A stretch of DNA of 64,000 bases. Source: an uncultured Collinsella sp. GTDB lineage: Bacteria > Actinomycetota > Coriobacteriia > Coriobacteriales > Coriobacteriaceae. The position numbers were made by a program, and so were the translations under genes. How positions within the stretch are numbered: position 1 is the first letter of the stretch; the number at the start of each line of letters is the position of its first letter. The stretch covers positions 71,514 to 135,513 of the forward strand of contig UQKW01000002.1 in NCBI GenBank assembly GCA_900541885.1. The letters are read 5' to 3'. The notes below the pieces were generated by a model that made no database searches, was not told where the DNA came from, and was given only the letters and a program-made list of their open reading frames with translations. This document shows, one piece after another, positions 59,649 to 64,000 of the stretch.

Positions 59649-60299
59649 GCACCGTCGCCCGTCCGTGCCCCGCTCGAAGGAACGGAGGCGGATGCCCTCT
59701 GCCAGCGCCCGCCGGCAAACGATGACTATTATCTGCTCTACTCGGATGACGACGCGTACGCCCGCGTGGCCCAGCGCGTTATCGAGCGCGGCGCGGAGCA
59801 GATGGTTCCCTCGATCATGGAGAAGGCCGGGCTTTCGCGCGAGGACGCCTATCTGCTCTTTGTCCACAGCGTTCAGGGAAATCTCGCGGTCAACCGCCTG
59901 CTCGGTTGGAGACGGGGGCCCGAGTTCGCCCACGCCCAGGAACTGCTCAACATCTATTCCGAAGGAGGCTTGCGAGCGGTATCGGCTCGTCACGATTTCC
60001 GTAGTTGATCTTGACTGAGGACTCCTTACAAGTCTTGCTCGAGATCGAGCGGAGACTGGGCCTTGCCGAATCGGAGCTATGGAGACCAAAAATGTTGCCA
60101 GAAGACGCCGTCGACGCTGTTTGCGATGGGGCAGAACTCGATGGCGGTTCGGCACAGTCTGTTTCGTCGGTTTCGCGGGGCGTTAATGGCCTGAAGGCGA
60201 CCGTTGGAAAAAGCTCATTTCCGTGGGGAAGAAACTTCTCGGTGAGTAAAGCTCATCGGAGCGGGGATAGAGCTTTGTCTGCGGGGTACGAAATGCTGG

Positions 60300-61184
60300 C
60301 TAGCGGTTGCGACGCCTTGTTGCAGAAATGCCAACTGCCGCAACTACAGCACCGGCAACACTCAGGGCGGCTGCCATCGCACCGTTGTCGCCCGTCGCGG
60401 GTAGGGTGGCCCCGGCTGGTTTAACTGCCGCTACTGCCTTGGTGGAAACGGGATTTGCCGTGGGCTTTTTTGCATTGGGCTGCGGTGTGGGCTCGGGCTT
60501 GGTTTCCGGTTCGGGTTTGGAACCGCTCGTATCGGTTGCAAACAAGTGCACGTCACTGTCGAAGACGTAACGGATGTAGTAATCGTGCCGCGTTTCGTGC
60601 CTAATCCCCTGCCCGCTGTCGAAGTCACGGTCAACGTGTGCGCCAAGGTAGGTTGAGCTGTTGAGGTCCAGCCTGTAAGGGATTTGGTCGTCGGCGTAAC
60701 TGCCTGTAAAGACTACGGTTGCTCTAACGTGATTGTCGATCATGGTCAGGGCAATAGAGACGCTGGCCTCTTTGGGGTTCTCGGTTTTTATAAGGCTTTC
60801 GGTATCGGTGTCGATTTTGAAGAGATGGACGGTGTCGTTAAGCCCGTAGATGAAGTCCTCGGGTTTGTCGGGAAAATCGTATACAAGAGCCTCGTTCTGG
60901 ACCAACTCGAAAGCAGGGGGTAGCTCCAAATCGTAGTAATGATCGACGACGGTGGTTGCTGTGAGGCTGCCTTCCGCGTTGACTTCTTCGCAGGTGATGG
61001 GTAATGCGACATCGGGTTCGGGCATTTCGGTCGCCAGTGCTGCGCAGGGTAGCAAAAGCTGTCCTGTCATAAGAATGCTTACTCCATAGGCGACGACTCT
61101 GGCGCCTGCATGAAGCTTGACGTTGCGGATAGACAGGCCAGTGCGTTTGTTATGGGTTTGCGGTGCAACATGCTGTCCATACAT
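60300..61184 (-). CDS. LPXTG cell-wall-anchored surface protein
   Basis: N-terminal signal peptide. Pro/Thr/Lys-rich stalk. C-terminal LPATG, then a hydrophobic segment, then RRRNR. Confidence 0.75.
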   Translation of the reverse strand: MYGQHVAPQTHNKRTGLSIRNVKLHAGARVVAYGVSILMTGQLLLPCAALATEMPEPDVALPITCEEVNAEGSLTATTVVDHYYDLELPPAFELVQNEALVYDFPDKPEDFIYGLNDTVHLFKIDTDTESLIKTENPKEASVSIALTMIDNHVRATVVFTGSYADDQIPYRLDLNSSTYLGAHVDRDFDSGQGIRHETRHDYYIRYVFDSDVHLFATDTSGSKPEPETKPEPTPQPNAKKPTANPVSTKAVAAVKPAGATLPATGDNGAMAAALSVAGAVVAAVGISATRRRNR

Positions 61185-61504
61185 AAGGCGCTCCTTGTTC
61201 GTAGGCCGGTTTCCGTGGATCTATATTGCGCCTACCCGATTCGGCCAGGCTCATACACGCGAACGCTCACGCGAGCAGGAGAAAGCTCTAGTTAATTTTC
61301 CCACAGTCGACACTTTGCGGCCAACGATTTGCTGTTCAATTCTCGGAGAGAGAATCAAGACAGTTAACGAGTTGTCAGGCAATGAGATTGTGTCTAGAGA
61401 GCACGAACAAGAGATGTGGTCTGCGGACGACTGAATAGCTCCATCTGTTTTGGTTACAACGAAATGTGTGCCGCGCGCCTGCGGCATGAAGGAGAGGGAA
61501 TCCT

Positions 61505-62035
61505 ATGAAAATCGTTGTATTGAGCGGTAGTCCGCGTAAGGGCGCCAATACCGACACCATGGTCGAGGCGTTTGCCGAGACCGCGCGCGAGGCCGGCCAT
61601 GCGGTCGAGGTCGTCCGCGTTGCCGGCAAAAAGATCGCCGGCTGCTTGGGATGCCAGTACTGCTTCGCCCATGAGGGCGTCTGCGTGCAGAAGGATGACA
61701 TGGCCGACGTGATCGAGTCGCTGAAAGACGCAGATATGGTCGTCTTCGCCTCGCCTATCTATTGGTTTGATATCACCGCGCAGGAGAAGGCCGCCATCGA
61801 CCGCCTGTACGCCTTCGGTGCCACGGGATTCCCGTTCACCAAGACGGCCCTTTTGCTCGATAGTCACAGCGAGGGTGTCTATGACGCGGCGATCGCCATG
61901 TACAAGTCAGCCTGCGCATACTGCAAGTGGGAGGACCAGGGCATTGTCACCATCAGCGGTATGACCGAGCGCGACAGCATGGCCTCCTCGCCCAAGCTGG
62001 AAGAGGTGCGAGAGCTCGCCCGCAAGCTTGCCTAG
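61505..62035 (+). CDS. NAD(P)H-dependent FMN reductase-like flavoprotein, paralogue of 58280-58819
   Basis: IVVLSGSPRKGANTD...CLGCQYC...VFASPIYWFD. Confidence 0.8.
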   Translation: MKIVVLSGSPRKGANTDTMVEAFAETAREAGHAVEVVRVAGKKIAGCLGCQYCFAHEGVCVQKDDMADVIESLKDADMVVFASPIYWFDITAQEKAAIDRLYAFGATGFPFTKTALLLDSHSEGVYDAAIAMYKSACAYCKWEDQGIVTISGMTERDSMASSPKLEEVRELARKLA

Positions 62036-62138
62036 CGCGCATTTCCAATAATGAACAAGGCCCGAAAGGTTCATTTGAACCATTCGGGCCTTGCTGCGTT
62101 TCAAGGGGGCTGGGCTGTCGGAACCGGCCAGACGGCTG

Positions 62139-64000
62139 TTAATCAAACAAACTCGGCATGTCGTTCTCTTTCATGAGGGCACCGGCGGAGGGCAGGCTCT
62201 GCGCGGTGAACTTTTCGGCCGAGACACCGGCGCCAAGGATCTCCTCGGTCGTGCCGACGGTGGTGACCGAGCGGCCCTTCTTGGCCGTAAAGGCCTGGAC
62301 GCCCTGCGTGTTGGTGGTCGTCTTGGTCTTGAGCAACGACGTGTTGAAGTTCATCAAACGATAGTCGCTCGAGACCAGTGCGATGTCGCGGTCTTCCTTG
62401 AGCACCTGGGCATACAGCAGCTTGCTGCCGCCGTAGATAGCGTTCTTGAGGCGCTTGCGGTTGGTCTTGGTGACGTATCCAGAAAGTGCGACACGCACCA
62501 CGCGGCCGTTCTCAAAGACAAACAGCACGTCGGCCTTATAGTCCTCGGGGTCGATGACCCAGATGACGCTCTCGTCGGGTTCCATCTCAAGATCGGTCGG
62601 CAGGTACGAGCCCAGCTGGGCCGACTTGGTGTCCTCAAACGCCGCAACCTTGCATTTGTACACCTGGCTCTTGTTGGTAAAGACCAGCAGCTCGTGGGTG
62701 TTGGAGGACGGGAACTCGATAAAGGGTTTGTCGCCGTCCTTGTACTTGAGCGTGGTCGCCTTCTTGAGCACGCGGTCCGTCATCTTCTTAAGGTAGCCAT
62801 CGCGCGAGAGCATGATGGTCACCGGGTACTCCTCGACCTCGGGCTCCAAGCTTACCTCGATAACCTCATGGGGCTCGATCCTGCCCGTGCGACGCGGCAT
62901 CACATATTTCTTGTTGACCGCGGCCAGCTCGTCGCTGATGACCTTCTTGATGTTCTCCTCGCTGGAGAGGATCTCCTCAAGCTCGGCAATCTCGCTCTCA
63001 AGCTTGGCGATGTCCTTGGTGCGGTTGAGGATGTACTCTTCGTTAATGTTGCGGAGCTTGAGCTCGGCAACAAACTCGGCCTGGGTCTCGTCGATGTCGA
63101 AACCCTTCATAAGGTTGGGCACGACCTCGGCTTCAAGCTTGGTGCCACGGATGATGGCGATGGCCTTGTCGATGTCGAGCAAGATTGCCTCGAGGCCGTG
63201 CAGCAGGTGCAGGCGCTCGGACTTTTTGCCCAGGTCAAAGTTAATGCGGCGACGCGTGGACTCAATACGCCATTTGACCCACTCGTGCAGAATCTGGCGC
63301 ACGCCCATAACACGGGGATAGCCGTCGACGAGCACGTTGAAGTTGCACGAGAACGAATCCTGCAGCGTGGTCGAGCGATAGAGCTTGGCCATGAGCTTGT
63401 CGGGGTCGACGCCGCGCTTAAGGTCGATGGCGATGCGCAGGCCCGAAAGATCGGTCTCGTCGCGGATGTCGGCAATCTCCTTGACCTTGCCCTCCTTGGA
63501 GAGCTTGACGATGCGCTCGATGATGACATCGGTCTTGGTGGTGTAGGGGATCTCGTAGACCTCGATGATGCGCTCTTCGGGAATCCAGCGCCAGCGGGAA
63601 CGGATCTGGAAGCTGCCAAGACCGGTCTCGATGATCTTCTCCATCTCCTCGCGGCGGTAGATGATCTCGCCGCCGGTCGAGAAGTCGGGCATGGGCATAT
63701 ACTCGAGCAGGTCGCAGTCGGGATCCTGCAGGTAATGCATGGTGGCGGTGCAGACCTCGTTGAGGTTGAAACCGCAGATGTCGGACGCCATGGCGACGCC
63801 GATGCCTTTGTTGGCCGAAACCAGAATATTGGGGAACGTGGTGGGCAGCAGGCGCGGCTCCTTCATGGCGCCGTCGTAGCTGTCAACGAAGTCGACCGGG
63901 TCCTTGTCGATGTCCTTAAAGATCTCGGCGCTGATGGGGGAGAGCTTGGCCTCGGTATAACGCGAGGCGGCGTAGCTCAGGTCGCCCGAATAGTACTTGC
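62139..64000 (-). CDS. DNA gyrase / topoisomerase IV subunit A (C-terminal two-thirds; the N-terminus lies beyond the window end)
   Basis: The frame stays open to nt 64000 (...YTEAKLSPISAEIFKDIDKDPVDFVDSYDGAMKEPRLLP...). GyrA/ParC tower and beta-pinwheel C-terminal domain. No clear GyrA-box was seen. Confidence 0.85.
   Translation of the reverse strand, partial: KYYSGDLSYAASRYTEAKLSPISAEIFKDIDKDPVDFVDSYDGAMKEPRLLPTTFPNILVSANKGIGVAMASDICGFNLNEVCTATMHYLQDPDCDLLEYMPMPDFSTGGEIIYRREEMEKIIETGLGSFQIRSRWRWIPEERIIEVYEIPYTTKTDVIIERIVKLSKEGKVKEIADIRDETDLSGLRIAIDLKRGVDPDKLMAKLYRSTTLQDSFSCNFNVLVDGYPRVMGVRQILHEWVKWRIESTRRRINFDLGKKSERLHLLHGLEAILLDIDKAIAIIRGTKLEAEVVPNLMKGFDIDETQAEFVAELKLRNINEEYILNRTKDIAKLESEIAELEEILSSEENIKKVISDELAAVNKKYVMPRRTGRIEPHEVIEVSLEPEVEEYPVTIMLSRDGYLKKMTDRVLKKATTLKYKDGDKPFIEFPSSNTHELLVFTNKSQVYKCKVAAFEDTKSAQLGSYLPTDLEMEPDESVIWVIDPEDYKADVLFVFENGRVVRVALSGYVTKTNRKRLKNAIYGGSKLLYAQVLKEDRDIALVSSDYRLMNFNTSLLKTKTTTNTQGVQAFTAKKGRSVTTVGTTEEILGAGVSAEKFTAQSLPSAGALMKENDMPSLFD

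Overview
64 kb from a high-GC Gram-positive chromosome, most likely an anaerobic actinobacterium of the Coriobacteriia type. This is inferred from ~65-70% GC core genes, an LPXTG protein, a MurT/GatD gene, type III glutamine synthetase, a split MetH, Fe-ADHs, and a tmRNA tag ending ALAA. Core genes I can support are: gatA (5' truncated at the window edge), gatB, rplM-rpsI, glmM, a PTS EIIA-Glc-like gene, nagB, yhbY-like, UPF0210, metH plus a separate activation-domain gene plus metF, glnN, tRNA-Glu, a fused murT-gatD, Fe-ADH, two glycerol dehydrogenases, a 4Fe-4S protein, ychF, asparaginase, guaA, and gyrA/parC (3' part, runs off the window end). Accessory content is interleaved with these: a DUF4143 ATPase islet with an AraC regulator and a heterodimeric ABC exporter; a P1B-type ATPase with an unusual SCA motif; a DinJ/RelB-like antitoxin with a PIN toxin next to ssrA; a patatin-like phospholipase; and a 999-aa STAND-like NTPase with a C-terminal winged-helix/BTAD output. 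A ~13 kb lower-GC island (about 49.4-62.1 kb) carries an msr(D)-like ABC-F gene, a degenerate mef-like MFS gene, an IS3 remnant, a second DUF4143 ATPase, three SAM methyltransferases, MerR, flavoproteins and an LPXTG protein. The least explained signals are two families of ~75-145 bp nested-palindrome (MITE-like) elements at four loci, duplicated T-arm fragments beside ssrA and tRNA-Glu (integration scars), a tandem pair of paralogous unknown proteins co-oriented with murT-gatD, and the orphan STAND regulator. Coordinates derived by hand may be off by 1-3 nt. The long antisense ORFs in the six-frame track are treated as GC artefacts.
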